Origin: a virus
Taxonomy: Duplodnaviria > Caudoviricetes
Virus record (IMG/VR): IMGVR_UViG_2940244548_000002
Location: 1-64,000 of that record
Length of the DNA stretch: 64,000 bases
Direction: 5' to 3' (one strand)
The position numbers and the translations under genes are program-made. This document shows, one piece after another, positions 9,311 to 19,673 of this stretch (position 1 is its first letter; every line of letters begins with the position of its first letter). A model generated the notes under the pieces. It worked only from the letters and a program-made list of their open reading frames with translations. It did not search any database and had not been told where the DNA came from.

Positions 9311-9760
9311 ATGAAAAATGAAAAGAAAGGCATGAGCGACATAATGTTAGCTGATGTGCCTATTGAAAAACGTGCTCAAATTCTGAGAGATAGCTGTGAT
9401 CAGATTGAGGAAAAGCATTACACCCGAAAGTTTGAACAGGCAGAAATCAATGAAAGGCGTGAGGAGCTTGCTGAGGTATCTATTCAGATCAACGGCTTGC
9501 ATCAAGAATTGAAAGAGATAAATGCCGACTTCAAGGGCAGAATTAAGCCTAAAGAGGAACGTAGAGGTAGGATCCTGGATGAGTTGAAATCTGGAGGAGA
9601 GTATGTAAAATCGGAATGCTACAAGTTTATAGATGCTGATCTGGGCAAAGTAGCATGGTACACTCCTGATGGTTATAAGCTGGAGGAAAGAGACATTAAC
9701 CAGGAGGAGAAACAACGGACGACATTCCAGGCGTTCAGACGAACTGGAACAGATAATTAA
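9311..9760 (+). CDS. Hypothetical coiled-coil phage protein
   Basis: 149-aa ORF in the early operon. Confidence 0.75.
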   Translation: MKNEKKGMSDIMLADVPIEKRAQILRDSCDQIEEKHYTRKFEQAEINERREELAEVSIQINGLHQELKEINADFKGRIKPKEERRGRILDELKSGGEYVKSECYKFIDADLGKVAWYTPDGYKLEERDINQEEKQRTTFQAFRRTGTDN

Positions 9761-9787
9761 GTTATTAACAATTAATTCATTTACAAG

Positions 9788-10546
9788 ATGGAAAAAGAAG
9801 AAAAAATCCAGATCCATATCCATGAGGGAGTGGATGTTTCAAAACCGATTGAGGTTATTATTAGAGAGGGTGCTGCTGCTAAAGCCACTGAGGTGTTACC
9901 GACAAAAGCTCCTGAGAGTATCAGTTTGGATGGAGTAATCTCAACTCCTTTTGATTGGTTGGAGAAAAGAGTAGAAACAATCGAACAAAAACAGGCTAAT
10001 ATCAAAGTGGATCGTGAGGCTATGACTATTGCCCTCACTATCAACGAAACCGATTCCTACAACAAAAATACTATTACTGGCAAAGTCCAGCTCTCAGAGG
10101 TATTTGAAAAGTTCGGTATCAACGATGAGAGAAAAGCCTGGGCACCTGGAAAATTAGGGCAGTTTTTACGCCTTAATCGTGGTGTGTTTGAGGATAAAGA
10201 GAAATGTATGGTTATGGTTTCTAACCTCAAAAACTTTACAGCAAACGCTAAATCAGAGATCCAAAAGCAACGAGATCCATCTGGCTCTATGGCTGAGGTG
10301 TACAAGTGCCAGGTTGAAAGCAATTTGCCAAAATCATTCTCTGTATGCCTTGCTGTGTTCAAAGGAACTCCAAAGGAGCGTATTGAGGTAGAGTTCGACC
10401 ACTACCTGAGTGATGGTGAGGTTTTCTTACAGCTTGTTTCTCCTGGAGCAAATGAGATGGTAGAGGCTTACCGTGATTCCTGTATTGACCAGGTACTGGA
10501 TAAAATCAAAGAGATTGCTCCTGATATTGCAATTCTGGAAGTGTAA
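9788..10546 (+). CDS. Conserved hypothetical phage protein
   Basis: 252-aa ORF followed by a hairpin. Confidence 0.8.
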   Translation: MEKEEKIQIHIHEGVDVSKPIEVIIREGAAAKATEVLPTKAPESISLDGVISTPFDWLEKRVETIEQKQANIKVDREAMTIALTINETDSYNKNTITGKVQLSEVFEKFGINDERKAWAPGKLGQFLRLNRGVFEDKEKCMVMVSNLKNFTANAKSEIQKQRDPSGSMAEVYKCQVESNLPKSFSVCLAVFKGTPKERIEVEFDHYLSDGEVFLQLVSPGANEMVEAYRDSCIDQVLDKIKEIAPDIAILEV

Positions 10547-10554
10547 AACAATTT

Positions 10555-10582
10555 GGGAGAGGGTACTTAGTGCCCCTCCCTT
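10555..10582 (+). terminator. Hairpin / probable intrinsic terminator
   Basis: GGGAGAGGGTAC-TTA-GTGCCCCTCCC stem right after the stop; short T tract. Confidence 0.55.
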
Positions 10583-10595
10583 AAATCTCTAATAT

Positions 10596-11402
10596 ATGGC
10601 TAAAGATAAAAACCCGATGCCCTTTTTTACAAGAGACTGGCTGAGCTGTGCTGAGGTAAAGTTCCTATCTCCTGATATTCGTGGGCTATGGTTCGATTTG
10701 ATCTGCTATATGTGGGAGTGTGTTGAGCGTGGTGTGATGGTAAAGCCTAACCACCAGCCGTACACCAAGGAGGAAATAACTGCAATGATCGGAACAGATT
10801 GTTCTGGCTCCTATGGATGGCTGGATGTTTTACTTGAAAATGGTGTGTGCTCTATTAGAAGTGATGGAGCCATATATAGTAGGCGAATGGTTAAAGATGA
10901 GGAAATCAGGGAAAAACGGAGGATCGCTGGTAAAAAAGGTGGAGATGTTACAAAGGCTAAAGTATTCACTAAGCAGGGCACCGAAACTAATTTACCTGGT
11001 GATGATGCCACACCACCTCCACCACTAACACCAGAACAGCAGGAAAAGGCTGAAAAAGCCAAAAAATACAAATATGCTGAGTTTGTCTCTCTTACCAGGG
11101 ATGAATACGCTAAACTATGTGCTGAATATTCTGAGGAATCAGCAAAAGCAATGATAGGCATTCTTAATAGCTACAAAGGCTCTAAAGGGAAAAGATATAA
11201 GTCAGACTATCATACTATACGAGGATGGGTAAAAGATAAATATTACGAAGATCAACAGAAAAATGGAATTGAACGGAAACAAGCTAACGGAGGAAATGGC
11301 TTTGCGAATAATCAAGGAACACAGGGAGGCTCAATATTTAACCAGGGAGAAAGCCCAGAGGGAGGTTCTGAGCCACAGAAGGATTATTCTAAAAGGTTCT
11401 AA
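10596..11402 (+). CDS. Phage replication initiator-like protein
   Basis: MPFFTRDWLS..LSPDIRGLWFDLICYMW, YSRRM, AGKKGG and C-terminal YKSDYHTIRGW; upstream of an ATPase. Confidence 0.75.
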   Translation: MAKDKNPMPFFTRDWLSCAEVKFLSPDIRGLWFDLICYMWECVERGVMVKPNHQPYTKEEITAMIGTDCSGSYGWLDVLLENGVCSIRSDGAIYSRRMVKDEEIREKRRIAGKKGGDVTKAKVFTKQGTETNLPGDDATPPPPLTPEQQEKAEKAKKYKYAEFVSLTRDEYAKLCAEYSEESAKAMIGILNSYKGSKGKRYKSDYHTIRGWVKDKYYEDQQKNGIERKQANGGNGFANNQGTQGGSIFNQGESPEGGSEPQKDYSKRF

Positions 11403-12057
11403 ATACGATTTAGAGGATCCTGGGCAGTTTTCTCTCCATGCCTCTATGATCAAGGAAATAGGCAATAACATTATGCTACGTGAATTTTCCTCCTTTGAGG
11501 TGGATGAGCATAATTCAAAGGTTCTCAGGTTCCTTACTTACTATTTCAATGATTGTAAGCTGGCTGAGGAGGTGTTTCCTGATGAAAATTACAAGATCCA
11601 TAAAAACATTCTGCTGGTTGGAGAGCCTGGAACAGGTAAAACAATGCTAATGCAAGTGTTCTCTGAATATCTCAAAAGGATAGGCGGTGAAAACTTCTTT
11701 TGGAATCTATCGACTACCCAGATGATGAATTATTATAAAATTAACGGACACATAGACCGATACACTTATAACGAGTGTGCCTCTGAGGGTAAATTTGATG
11801 GAAACCCGATAAATGTATGCTTGAATGACGTGGGGCTGCTTACCGAAAATCAAAAGAATTATGGTACCGATCTCAGCTTAATCATGGATGAGTTCCTGTT
11901 TGCCAGATACGAAATCTACCAGAACTCATATAAGAAATATCATTTAACAAGCAATTTGAGCGTGGATGAGTTTGTAAAACGCTTTGAGGGTAGGCTTGTA
12001 GATCGGTTTAAGAGCTTCAATGTAATATCGTTAAACGGAAAAAGTAGAAGAAAATGA
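11263..12057 (+). CDS. P-loop ATPase (DnaC/IstB-like helicase loader)
   Basis: Walker A GEPGTGKT, CLNDVG, HLTSNL, RLVDRF, LNGKSRR. Confidence 0.85.
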   Translation: MELNGNKLTEEMALRIIKEHREAQYLTREKAQREVLSHRRIILKGSKYDLEDPGQFSLHASMIKEIGNNIMLREFSSFEVDEHNSKVLRFLTYYFNDCKLAEEVFPDENYKIHKNILLVGEPGTGKTMLMQVFSEYLKRIGGENFFWNLSTTQMMNYYKINGHIDRYTYNECASEGKFDGNPINVCLNDVGLLTENQKNYGTDLSLIMDEFLFARYEIYQNSYKKYHLTSNLSVDEFVKRFEGRLVDRFKSFNVISLNGKSRRK

Positions 12058-12521
12058 AAGTATTAAAAAAAGCAATACTCCCTTTATCCAAGGCTTTCCC
12101 AGCTACTCATAGCAGAGCTGGAGAGCTAACCGATTTTGAGGGTAAAATCGAAAGAAACGAAAAGATCCATACAATCAGATATGATGCCAAAAGTGTATGG
12201 GAAAAACGCTTTGCTAAAATCAAGGCAGGGCTTATGTATTTGGCAATGAAAGAGTGGACTGGCAGACCATACAACTCAGAAATGAGAGATCTGTTTCAGA
12301 GAACCAGAGAGGACGGGATTGGACTGCAAACAATAGAAATGGTGTATGGTACCGATGATGCCTATCCCAAAGTTTGGGTAGATGGTAAAGAGGTAGATAT
12401 ACAGGAGGTGGCAAAGAATGATGGTTTGAGTGTTCCTGATTTTATTGATTGGTTCTTTGGGAAAGGCAAAGAAAACACTTTTGAGGGTAAGATTATTCAT
12501 TTTACAAAATTCAGATATTGA
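12054..12521 (+). CDS. Hypothetical protein, ASCH/PUA-like
   Basis: KIHTIR and AKNDGLS..DFIDWF motifs. Confidence 0.6.
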   Translation: MKVLKKAILPLSKAFPATHSRAGELTDFEGKIERNEKIHTIRYDAKSVWEKRFAKIKAGLMYLAMKEWTGRPYNSEMRDLFQRTREDGIGLQTIEMVYGTDDAYPKVWVDGKEVDIQEVAKNDGLSVPDFIDWFFGKGKENTFEGKIIHFTKFRY

Positions 12522-12522
12522 T

Positions 12523-13338
12523 ATGAAAACTAATGCAACAAAGAGAACGGATATTTTTCTTATAGATCCTCGTAACATTGTCGTTATGAGTGATTTTAAT
12601 GTTCGTAGAGATTTTGATTTAGAGGAACTTAAAGAACAAATAAAGGCTAAGGGTGTGCTCAATCCCATCACCGTTAAACCTTTCAAAGATGAAAATGGGA
12701 ATGAAAAGTATGAGCTGGTGGATGGTGAGAGGCGTTTACGTGCTACAATGCTGGCTATCTCAGAGGGTGCTGATATTCCCTGGATAAAAGCACTCAAAGC
12801 TCCTAAGGATGCAAGCTATGAGGATCTACTGATAGAGCAGATGATGCGAAATGAGGGCAAACGATTCTCTGAATATGAATGTGGGATAATGTTCAAACGG
12901 TTCAAGGATGAGTTTGGATATACACAGGCTGAGATCGCTGAAAAGTTCAAAAAATCACCAGCTTATATTAGCAAATGCCTTGCTTTCATGGATCTGCCAA
13001 AAGAGATCCAGGAGAGGATTATTAGAAATGAAATTTCTGCTAAAGCTGCTAAAGATATAGTGGCTAATTATGATACAGAGGTGGAGCAGGTAGAAGCTAC
13101 CAAACAAGCCGTAAAAATAGCCCAGGATCAAGGGAAAAAGACTGTTACCAATAAAGAGATCAACCTGGCTATGAAAGATGCTAAGGAGGCTAAAATAATA
13201 GCTGAATCACTAAGGAAAATATGGGCATATCTGGATGGAGAGGAGGAGGTGAATATCCTCCAGCTGGCAAAACTGCTGGATAAGACTGAGAGCCTAAGAT
13301 ACGCAATTAAAGAACTAAAAAAAGGATCTAATGAATAA
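12523..13338 (+). CDS. ParB/Spo0J-family protein
   Basis: GVLNPITV, YELVDGERRLRA, HTH GYTQAEIAEKFKKSPAYISK. Confidence 0.9.
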   Translation: MKTNATKRTDIFLIDPRNIVVMSDFNVRRDFDLEELKEQIKAKGVLNPITVKPFKDENGNEKYELVDGERRLRATMLAISEGADIPWIKALKAPKDASYEDLLIEQMMRNEGKRFSEYECGIMFKRFKDEFGYTQAEIAEKFKKSPAYISKCLAFMDLPKEIQERIIRNEISAKAAKDIVANYDTEVEQVEATKQAVKIAQDQGKKTVTNKEINLAMKDAKEAKIIAESLRKIWAYLDGEEEVNILQLAKLLDKTESLRYAIKELKKGSNE

Positions 13339-14377
13339 ACATAAATTCCCTTATGAATGGAAGTTAGGAGACACGGTATTTACAAAGGATAAGGGGAAAG
13401 TGTTTTCTTGTTTTTCTTGTGGAGGAGGTTCCACAATGGGGTATAAACTTGCTGGATTTGATGTTATAGGATGCAACGAGATAGATCATCGTATGATGTC
13501 TATTTATCGCAAAAATCACAACCCTACATTTTCGTTTCTTGAACCAATACAGGATTTTAGACTAAGAGAGGATTTGCCTAATGATCTTTACAATCTTGAT
13601 ATATTAGATGGATCTCCTCCATGTTCAACTTTTTCAATGGCTGGGAGCCGTGAGGATGCCTGGGGAGTTGAAAAAAGGTTTAGAGAGGGGCAGGCAGAGC
13701 AAATACTTGATAGATTGTTTTTTGACTTTATCGACTTGACTAAGAAGCTACAGCCTAAAATAGCAATTAGCGAAAATGTTAAGGGTATGTTACTCGGTAA
13801 TGCTATTCGCTATGTTCGTGAAATATATGAGGCTTTTGATTCTGCTGGTTATTATTGCCAACATTTTCTACTTGATGCAGCAACTATGGGTGTTCCACAA
13901 CATAGGGAAAGAGTGTTTTTCATCTGCTTGCGGAAAGATATTGCAACTCCTTTTCTTAGGCAGAAAGATATGTTTGAATGTGCTCCATATATAGATATGG
14001 AATTTAAAGAGAAAGAAATCCCATGTAATCAAATAGATCTCGAATTAGGAGAGAAAAAAATGCCTTGTTTGTCTGCTGATTGGGAAAGATTGAAAGCTGG
14101 GGAACCAGCCAAATATCTACAATCAGGGCTTATAAAACAAACAGATGTATATCCCACGATCACAGCTGGCTATGGTGGCAAAGCGTGCCCTATGCCTGAT
14201 TGGGATAATAGCTTTCCGTCAGCAAAAGATGTATGTAAAATATCTACATTCCCGATAGATTATGATTTTATGGATCAGTCCGCAAATTATGTGTGTGGAA
14301 TGAGTGTGCCTCCTGTGATGATGGCACAAGTAGCATCACGAGTTTATGATTACTGGTTATCAAAAATTAAAAACTAA
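13331..14377 (+). CDS. DNA (cytosine-5) methyltransferase
   Basis: FSCGGG motif I, GSPPC motif IV, ENVKG motif VI, QHRERVF motif VIII, GMSVPP motif X. Confidence 0.93.
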   Translation: MNKHKFPYEWKLGDTVFTKDKGKVFSCFSCGGGSTMGYKLAGFDVIGCNEIDHRMMSIYRKNHNPTFSFLEPIQDFRLREDLPNDLYNLDILDGSPPCSTFSMAGSREDAWGVEKRFREGQAEQILDRLFFDFIDLTKKLQPKIAISENVKGMLLGNAIRYVREIYEAFDSAGYYCQHFLLDAATMGVPQHRERVFFICLRKDIATPFLRQKDMFECAPYIDMEFKEKEIPCNQIDLELGEKKMPCLSADWERLKAGEPAKYLQSGLIKQTDVYPTITAGYGGKACPMPDWDNSFPSAKDVCKISTFPIDYDFMDQSANYVCGMSVPPVMMAQVASRVYDYWLSKIKN

Positions 14378-14382
14378 TTGAT

Positions 14383-14607
14383 ATGGCTAAGCTAACATAT
14401 ACAATAGCAACAAAAATATTTAGCGACACTAATTCCGAAAACTTGGAACAGTCAATAAACGGCTGGATAAAAGAAAATAATGTGAAAGTGTTGGATATTC
14501 AGGTAGGCGTTTATCCTATGTTCGATATGTATCAGGATCGCCAGCCCACAATTTGTAACCAGTGGGAGAAATATATAGCAACAATCATTTATAACAAATT
14601 ACCATGA
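14383..14607 (+). CDS. Hypothetical protein
   Basis: 74-aa ORF coupled to the next gene. Confidence 0.6.
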   Translation: MAKLTYTIATKIFSDTNSENLEQSINGWIKENNVKVLDIQVGVYPMFDMYQDRQPTICNQWEKYIATIIYNKLP

Positions 14608-15293
14608 GTTTAAATATATCAAAAGGGAATATGTATGATTTTGTAACTCATACATGGAACACCGTTAAGGGATCCTGTCCACATGATTGTGGATATTGCT
14701 ACATGAAACGCTGGGGTAAACTTAAAGATCCACGCCTGGATGAAACCGAATTTAAAACCGATCTTGGTAGCGGAAATTTCATCTTTGTAGGGAGTAGTAA
14801 TGATCTATTTGCTGAGGAGTACCCTGGCTTTTGGATAGATCGGACACTGGACTACTGCAAACACTTTGATAATCGCTACCTGTTTCAGTCTAAGAATCCA
14901 GATCGCTTTCTAAGAGAGACGGTGGATCCAGTTGATAAAAAACTGGTTCATCCTGTTTTGTTAAAGTCTGTTTTTTGTACGACTATTGAAAGTAACAGGT
15001 ATTATGTAGTAATGCGTAATGCTCCTGCTCCTGTTGATAGAGCAAAAGCCACTAAAGAGATAAGTGAACATATACCTACCTATGTTACCATTGAGCCTAT
15101 TATGGATTTCGATCTGCCAGAGCTTGTTTCCCTGGTGAAGATGTGCAACCCTACTCAGGTGAATATCGGTGCTGATTCGGGCAATAATTCCCTGCCAGAG
15201 CCATGTAAGGAGAAAGTTCTGGAGCTAATAGCTGCTCTATCTGAGTTTACCACTGTGAAACAAAAGAAAAATTTAGGGAGGTTATTGAAATAA
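14604..15293 (+). CDS. DUF5131/Gp37Gp68-like radical-SAM-type protein
   Basis: TWN..G.CPHDCGYCY (CxxxCxxC), IEP, IGADSG. Confidence 0.75.
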   Translation: MSLNISKGNMYDFVTHTWNTVKGSCPHDCGYCYMKRWGKLKDPRLDETEFKTDLGSGNFIFVGSSNDLFAEEYPGFWIDRTLDYCKHFDNRYLFQSKNPDRFLRETVDPVDKKLVHPVLLKSVFCTTIESNRYYVVMRNAPAPVDRAKATKEISEHIPTYVTIEPIMDFDLPELVSLVKMCNPTQVNIGADSGNNSLPEPCKEKVLELIAALSEFTTVKQKKNLGRLLK

Positions 15294-15296
15294 GAT

Positions 15297-15482
15297 ATGG
15301 CTATCAATAAAGATTACGGATACTGTACTGGCATGGATTGCCCGATACGTGAGGAATGTAAGAGATATAGTTTAGAGGCTATAAATTCACCAGAGCCTCT
15401 TTGGTGGACTGATGGCTATTATGATGAGGAAAAAAGAAATTGTGAATTTAAAGATGATAAAAATGAAACCAGTAAAATTTAA
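15297..15482 (+). CDS. Small Cys-containing hypothetical protein
   Basis: C...DCPIREECKRY...C. Confidence 0.65.
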   Translation: MAINKDYGYCTGMDCPIREECKRYSLEAINSPEPLWWTDGYYDEEKRNCEFKDDKNETSKI

Positions 15483-15714
15483 AGAACAAAATGTAGTATT
15501 TGCAGAGGATCAGCCAGAATATACCCCTCTCCCTGCTTTAGTGTTAGATACTGATGATGGGCAGGTAGTTTCGTGCTGGAGATTGTCATTCAAAGAAAGA
15601 GTGAGGATTCTGTTTACAGGCAGGATATGGGTATCTCTACTTTCATTTGGAAAACCACTTACACCCAGTTTTCTATCGACAAAGAAAACAGATCATTTTA
15701 CAATCAACAAATAA
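15463..15714 (+). CDS. Hypothetical phage protein
   Basis: MKPVKFKEQNVVFAEDQPEY.PLPA...SCWRLS. Confidence 0.7.
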   Translation: MKPVKFKEQNVVFAEDQPEYTPLPALVLDTDDGQVVSCWRLSFKERVRILFTGRIWVSLLSFGKPLTPSFLSTKKTDHFTINK

Positions 15715-15721
15715 CAAATTT

Positions 15722-16291
15722 ATGAAAATCGTATTTTTTGACCTGGAAACTACAGGTACCTTAGTAAACAAACATGGGATCCACCAGCTGAGCGGTGAGA
15801 TCGTGATAGATGGAGTAACAAAAGAAAGTTTTGATTTCCGAGTACAACCTAACCCGAAAGCGGAAATACTCCAGGAGGCTCTGGATGTAGCTGGAGTAAC
15901 TAAAGAGCAGGTTATGGCATATCCTCCTATGGGGGTGGTATATGGGCAGTTTTTGGATTTGCTTGGTAAATATGTAGATAAGTATAACAAGCAAGATAAA
16001 TTCTTTTTGGCTGGCTATAATAACGCCTCTTTTGATAACCAGTTTCTCAGAGCTTGGTTCCTACAGAATGGAGATAAATACTTTGGATCCTGGTTCTGGA
16101 GTAATTCCATTGATGTTATGGTGATGGCTACTCCTTACCTTGCTGCTAAACGCTCTCAGATGGAGAATTTTAAGCAGGGTACTGTTGCTGCTGCTCTGGG
16201 GATAGCTGTTGATGAGAATAGACTGCATGATGCCATGTATGATATTCAAATCTGTAGAGAAATTTATCATATCGTTTCACATAAATACTAA
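15722..16291 (+). CDS. DEDDh 3'-5' exonuclease (DnaQ-like)
   Basis: FFDLETTG, GYN..FD, HDAMYD. Confidence 0.92.
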   Translation: MKIVFFDLETTGTLVNKHGIHQLSGEIVIDGVTKESFDFRVQPNPKAEILQEALDVAGVTKEQVMAYPPMGVVYGQFLDLLGKYVDKYNKQDKFFLAGYNNASFDNQFLRAWFLQNGDKYFGSWFWSNSIDVMVMATPYLAAKRSQMENFKQGTVAAALGIAVDENRLHDAMYDIQICREIYHIVSHKY

Positions 16292-16296
16292 AAACA

Positions 16297-16722
16297 ATGC
16301 AAGAAAAAAAGAATGAGATCAGAGAGAAAAATCAGGTGTATTATCCTGAGTTCTGGAAAAAGAGAAAGATGAACCCTGAGTTCGTAAAGGATCTGGAGGA
16401 GAGTGCTAACAGCAAACCTATAGCAACAGATGAACATGGGGAATATAGAGCTGGGAAATTCCTCCATAGTTGTGCTATTGTGATTGTAGCCTATGCAAAC
16501 AACCTCTGGAGTGTTGAGATACACAGCCAGCACCAGGTAAATTTGCCGATGATTAGAGAGATCAGGTATAAGTATCTACCCGATAATTTGATGATGGCAC
16601 AGCTATTCCTGCCACGTGATCAGCGTATAACTGATAAGGCGGTTGTTCTTTATCAGATCCCTGGAGAGCTGAGAGATAATGAAGTTCCAACCGAAGAAAT
16701 AGCAGAAAATGAAAGTAATTGA
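16297..16722 (+). CDS. Hypothetical protein
   Basis: 141-aa ORF in operon. Confidence 0.7.
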   Translation: MQEKKNEIREKNQVYYPEFWKKRKMNPEFVKDLEESANSKPIATDEHGEYRAGKFLHSCAIVIVAYANNLWSVEIHSQHQVNLPMIREIRYKYLPDNLMMAQLFLPRDQRITDKAVVLYQIPGELRDNEVPTEEIAENESN

Positions 16723-17041
16723 GAATAGACTACTGCCTCCAAAAGGTTACAGGGCTATAATGCTATTTGGGGTGATATTTGTGCGTAAAGGGGTGGAGCT
16801 TCCACCCCGAACCCTAAGGCATGAGGAGATCCACAAAAAGCAAATGATGGAGATGCTTATCCTCTTTTTTTACCTCTGGTATGGTGTTGAGTTCCTGGTG
16901 AGGCTTTGCATTTATCGGGATCGCAAAAAAGCATATAGGAATATCAGTTTTGAGAGAGAGGCTTATGTAAATGATCATCTGATTTCTTACAAGCGTAAAC
17001 ATTTCATCTGGTTTAGATATATGAGGGAGGGCAAAGTATGA
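16709..17041 (+). CDS. Small HExxH-containing membrane-associated protein
   Basis: RHEEIH, hydrophobic segment, YRNISFEREAY. Confidence 0.75.
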   Translation: MKVIENRLLPPKGYRAIMLFGVIFVRKGVELPPRTLRHEEIHKKQMMEMLILFFYLWYGVEFLVRLCIYRDRKKAYRNISFEREAYVNDHLISYKRKHFIWFRYMREGKV

Positions 17042-17466
17042 TTTATGTGGGTATCGACACTGGAGTAAATACAGGCTTTGCTATTTATAACTCAAAAACA
17101 AGGCAATTAGTTGATGTACAATCAATTAAAATACACCAGGCAATGAAAAGGATAGAGGAGCTTACAGAGGAATATCCAAAGGCTGTAGTGGTTAGAGTTG
17201 AGGATCCCAGACAGCGTACCTGGTTCGGAACCGAAAGAATGCCCAGGGATGAGGAGAGAAAGAAACTCCAGGGCGTGGGATCGGTCAAAAGAGATGCTAC
17301 CATCTGGGAGGATTTCCTTATAGATCTGGGAATATCCTATGAAATGGTGCCTCCTAAAATGAATCGGACTAAATTGGATCAAGCCACATTCAAGGCTTAC
17401 ACCAAATGGAGTAAGCGAACAAATGAGCATGGTAGAGATGCTGCCATGTTAGTTTATGGTTTTTGA
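17038..17466 (+). CDS. RuvC-like Holliday junction resolvase
   Basis: VGIDTGVNTG, VED, EHGRDA acidic motifs. Confidence 0.75.
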   Translation: MIYVGIDTGVNTGFAIYNSKTRQLVDVQSIKIHQAMKRIEELTEEYPKAVVVRVEDPRQRTWFGTERMPRDEERKKLQGVGSVKRDATIWEDFLIDLGISYEMVPPKMNRTKLDQATFKAYTKWSKRTNEHGRDAAMLVYGF

Positions 17467-17495
17467 TTGTTATTTATCTATTTTTTGCTTTAATA

Positions 17496-17527
17496 TGTGT
17501 TTGTCAGACACATATTTTATATCTTTG
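17496..17527 (+). promoter_or_regulatory. 17-bp palindrome TGTGTTTGTCAGACACA plus TATCTTTG -7 box
   Basis: Palindrome 17496-17512; TAnnTTTG at 17520-17527 upstream of 17551. Confidence 0.75.
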
Positions 17528-17550
17528 TATCATTAAAACAGTTTATTATC

Positions 17551-17964
17551 ATGGTTATAACTGCAATTTATATTATTATCGCTATAGTAGTTCTCTATAT
17601 TGCTTTGCGTTTAATACATAAAATCTACCCTCTGGATCCTGTAACAGTGGGGAAAACGATTAATATCTACCAGGATAACACATACAACCGTACAGCAACT
17701 GTTACAGGGTTGCATAGTGATCGTGTGGTTATTTATGATGTTTTGCCTTTGCCTGTACATTACAGAGGTAGATTCTATTCTGTTGGATATACCAGCGATG
17801 GCTACTCTCTTATGTTTATAGGGAGAAAGAAACTATATTTCCTCGCACGTCTGGCTGAACTAATCAGAAAGATAGCGAACACACCCGAATATCAGGGTGA
17901 TTTACTTGGTGAAAGTGCTGAGGAGACTACAGAACCAGTGGAGGGGGTTGATGATGAGATGTAG
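17551..17964 (+). CDS. Hypothetical protein with N-terminal membrane anchor
   Basis: Hydrophobic N-terminus MVITAIYIIIAIVVLYIAL. Confidence 0.7.
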   Translation: MVITAIYIIIAIVVLYIALRLIHKIYPLDPVTVGKTINIYQDNTYNRTATVTGLHSDRVVIYDVLPLPVHYRGRFYSVGYTSDGYSLMFIGRKKLYFLARLAELIRKIANTPEYQGDLLGESAEETTEPVEGVDDEM

Positions 17965-19063
17965 TGATATTGAATTTCGCAAAGTATCAGAGCTTTCCCT
18001 GCTGAAAGATAATCCCAGAAAGATCACGACTAAGGATCTGGAGCGGTTGATAGATTCGATTCGTATAAATGGATTCTGGAAACACCGACCTATCACACTA
18101 TCAGATCGAACTGGTGAGCTTGTAGTGATCGCTGGTAATCAGAGATTGAAAGCAGCTAAGAAACTAAAGCTGAAAGAGGTTCCAGTAGTGATCTACTCTG
18201 ATCTTACAGAGGAACAGGAGGCTGATATAGTTCTAAGGGATAATATCAACAATGGGGAGTGGGATGTTCTGCTATTAGAGGATGGCTGGAATGAGAAAGT
18301 AGATTTTGATTTTATCGGGTTAGAATTGCCTGAACTCAATGATGAGGAGGGTAAGAAGTCAAAAAAGAAATCCAAAGGAGAGGATCCAGAGGATGATGAT
18401 GATTCGGATGGTGATGATATGCCCGATGAGAAAGAGGACTTTTACAGATCCATGCTCACTGATTGCCTCTATGAAAGCAATAACGAATTTGAGATACCTA
18501 ACCTGCTGCTGGATAAACAAGCTGGAAAGTTACAGCTACCATTTGCTCCATGGGGTGCAGATAGCCGATTAAGAAAGGATGTATCAACATATCACTTTTA
18601 CGTGGATGATTATCGTTTTGAGGCTATCTGGAAAGATCCTATCAAGGTGCTAACAAGTGGAGTGAAAGCGTTGGTAGAACCGAACCTCTCTGTTTATGAC
18701 ACAACACCGATAGCATACGGACTGCATCAAATCTATAAAAAACGCTGGATAAGTCGCTACTTTCAAGAGTGTGGTATTCTGGTATATGCAGATCTCAATG
18801 TATCTGTGAAGTTCAGAGAGTTCAATAAGCTGGGGATCCCACAAGGATACAATGCTTTCTTTACTCGTGGTTATGCTGATCGGGTTGAGTATCTAAAAAT
18901 AGAGCTGGAGGTAGCCAGGGAGATCTCAGGTTTGCAAACGCCTAATTTGCTGGTTTATGGTGGAGGTGATGAGATCAGGAGATTCTGTGTAGAGAATAGT
19001 CTGGTTTATATCGAGCAATTCATTAACGATAAAAAAGGAAAAAATGGCAAAAACAAGCGGTAG
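17951..19063 (+). CDS. ParB N-terminal domain fused to DUF4417-like domain
   Basis: NPRKI...IAGNQRLKAA...DN ParB domain; acidic linker; YHFYVDDYRFEAIW, EPNLS, QIYKKRWISRYFQ. Confidence 0.75.
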   Translation: MMRCSDIEFRKVSELSLLKDNPRKITTKDLERLIDSIRINGFWKHRPITLSDRTGELVVIAGNQRLKAAKKLKLKEVPVVIYSDLTEEQEADIVLRDNINNGEWDVLLLEDGWNEKVDFDFIGLELPELNDEEGKKSKKKSKGEDPEDDDDSDGDDMPDEKEDFYRSMLTDCLYESNNEFEIPNLLLDKQAGKLQLPFAPWGADSRLRKDVSTYHFYVDDYRFEAIWKDPIKVLTSGVKALVEPNLSVYDTTPIAYGLHQIYKKRWISRYFQECGILVYADLNVSVKFREFNKLGIPQGYNAFFTRGYADRVEYLKIELEVAREISGLQTPNLLVYGGGDEIRRFCVENSLVYIEQFINDKKGKNGKNKR

Positions 19064-19673
19064 CAACAAGAAACCACCAGCAAGCGGTGGATTGCAAGCA
19101 GGAGATTCTAACTACAAGGGTAAGATCGGAAAGTTGGAATCTTTAGCATCTATCAAAAACCCTCAGGTGTACAAATCGGTTAAGGAGAGTATATCTCGCT
19201 TTCACTCTGTTTTGGGTGTAAGGCAAAAGGATATAAAGATCGCTACACTACAGGCAGGAGTTGGAGGGGTACATATCTCTCAGGGAGGAGTATCTAAGCA
19301 GGTAGTTCTCAATAAGCAAGTTTTCAATGGTAAAAATACAACTAAGAAAAGTGTGGAAAGTTGGGCAAGTACAGGTTATAAGAGTGGGCACCTGACTAAA
19401 ACAAACAAGCCAGTAGCTCACATCATCACCCACGAGCTGGCACACGCTACCTGGAATCAGCATCTAACATCTCCGAATGCTAAGGCAGCGACAAAAAGCA
19501 TTAACTCTCTTTACAAAAAATGGAAAGGAGATAGCAAAAAGAGCGGTTATGGTAGCTATGCGAAAACAAATGTGAGTGAGTTCTGGGCTGAGGTATGTAC
19601 CAAAGCCGTACATGGTAAGGCAGACAAATACACCAGATCTGCCAAAGGGATTATTAAACAGTTTAAATTATAA
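19044..19673 (+). CDS. Very basic HExxH zincin-like protein
   Basis: ITHELAH then YAKTNVSEFWAE; Gly/Ser-rich N-terminus MAKTSGS. Confidence 0.75.
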   Translation: MAKTSGSNKKPPASGGLQAGDSNYKGKIGKLESLASIKNPQVYKSVKESISRFHSVLGVRQKDIKIATLQAGVGGVHISQGGVSKQVVLNKQVFNGKNTTKKSVESWASTGYKSGHLTKTNKPVAHIITHELAHATWNQHLTSPNAKAATKSINSLYKKWKGDSKKSGYGSYAKTNVSEFWAEVCTKAVHGKADKYTRSAKGIIKQFKL

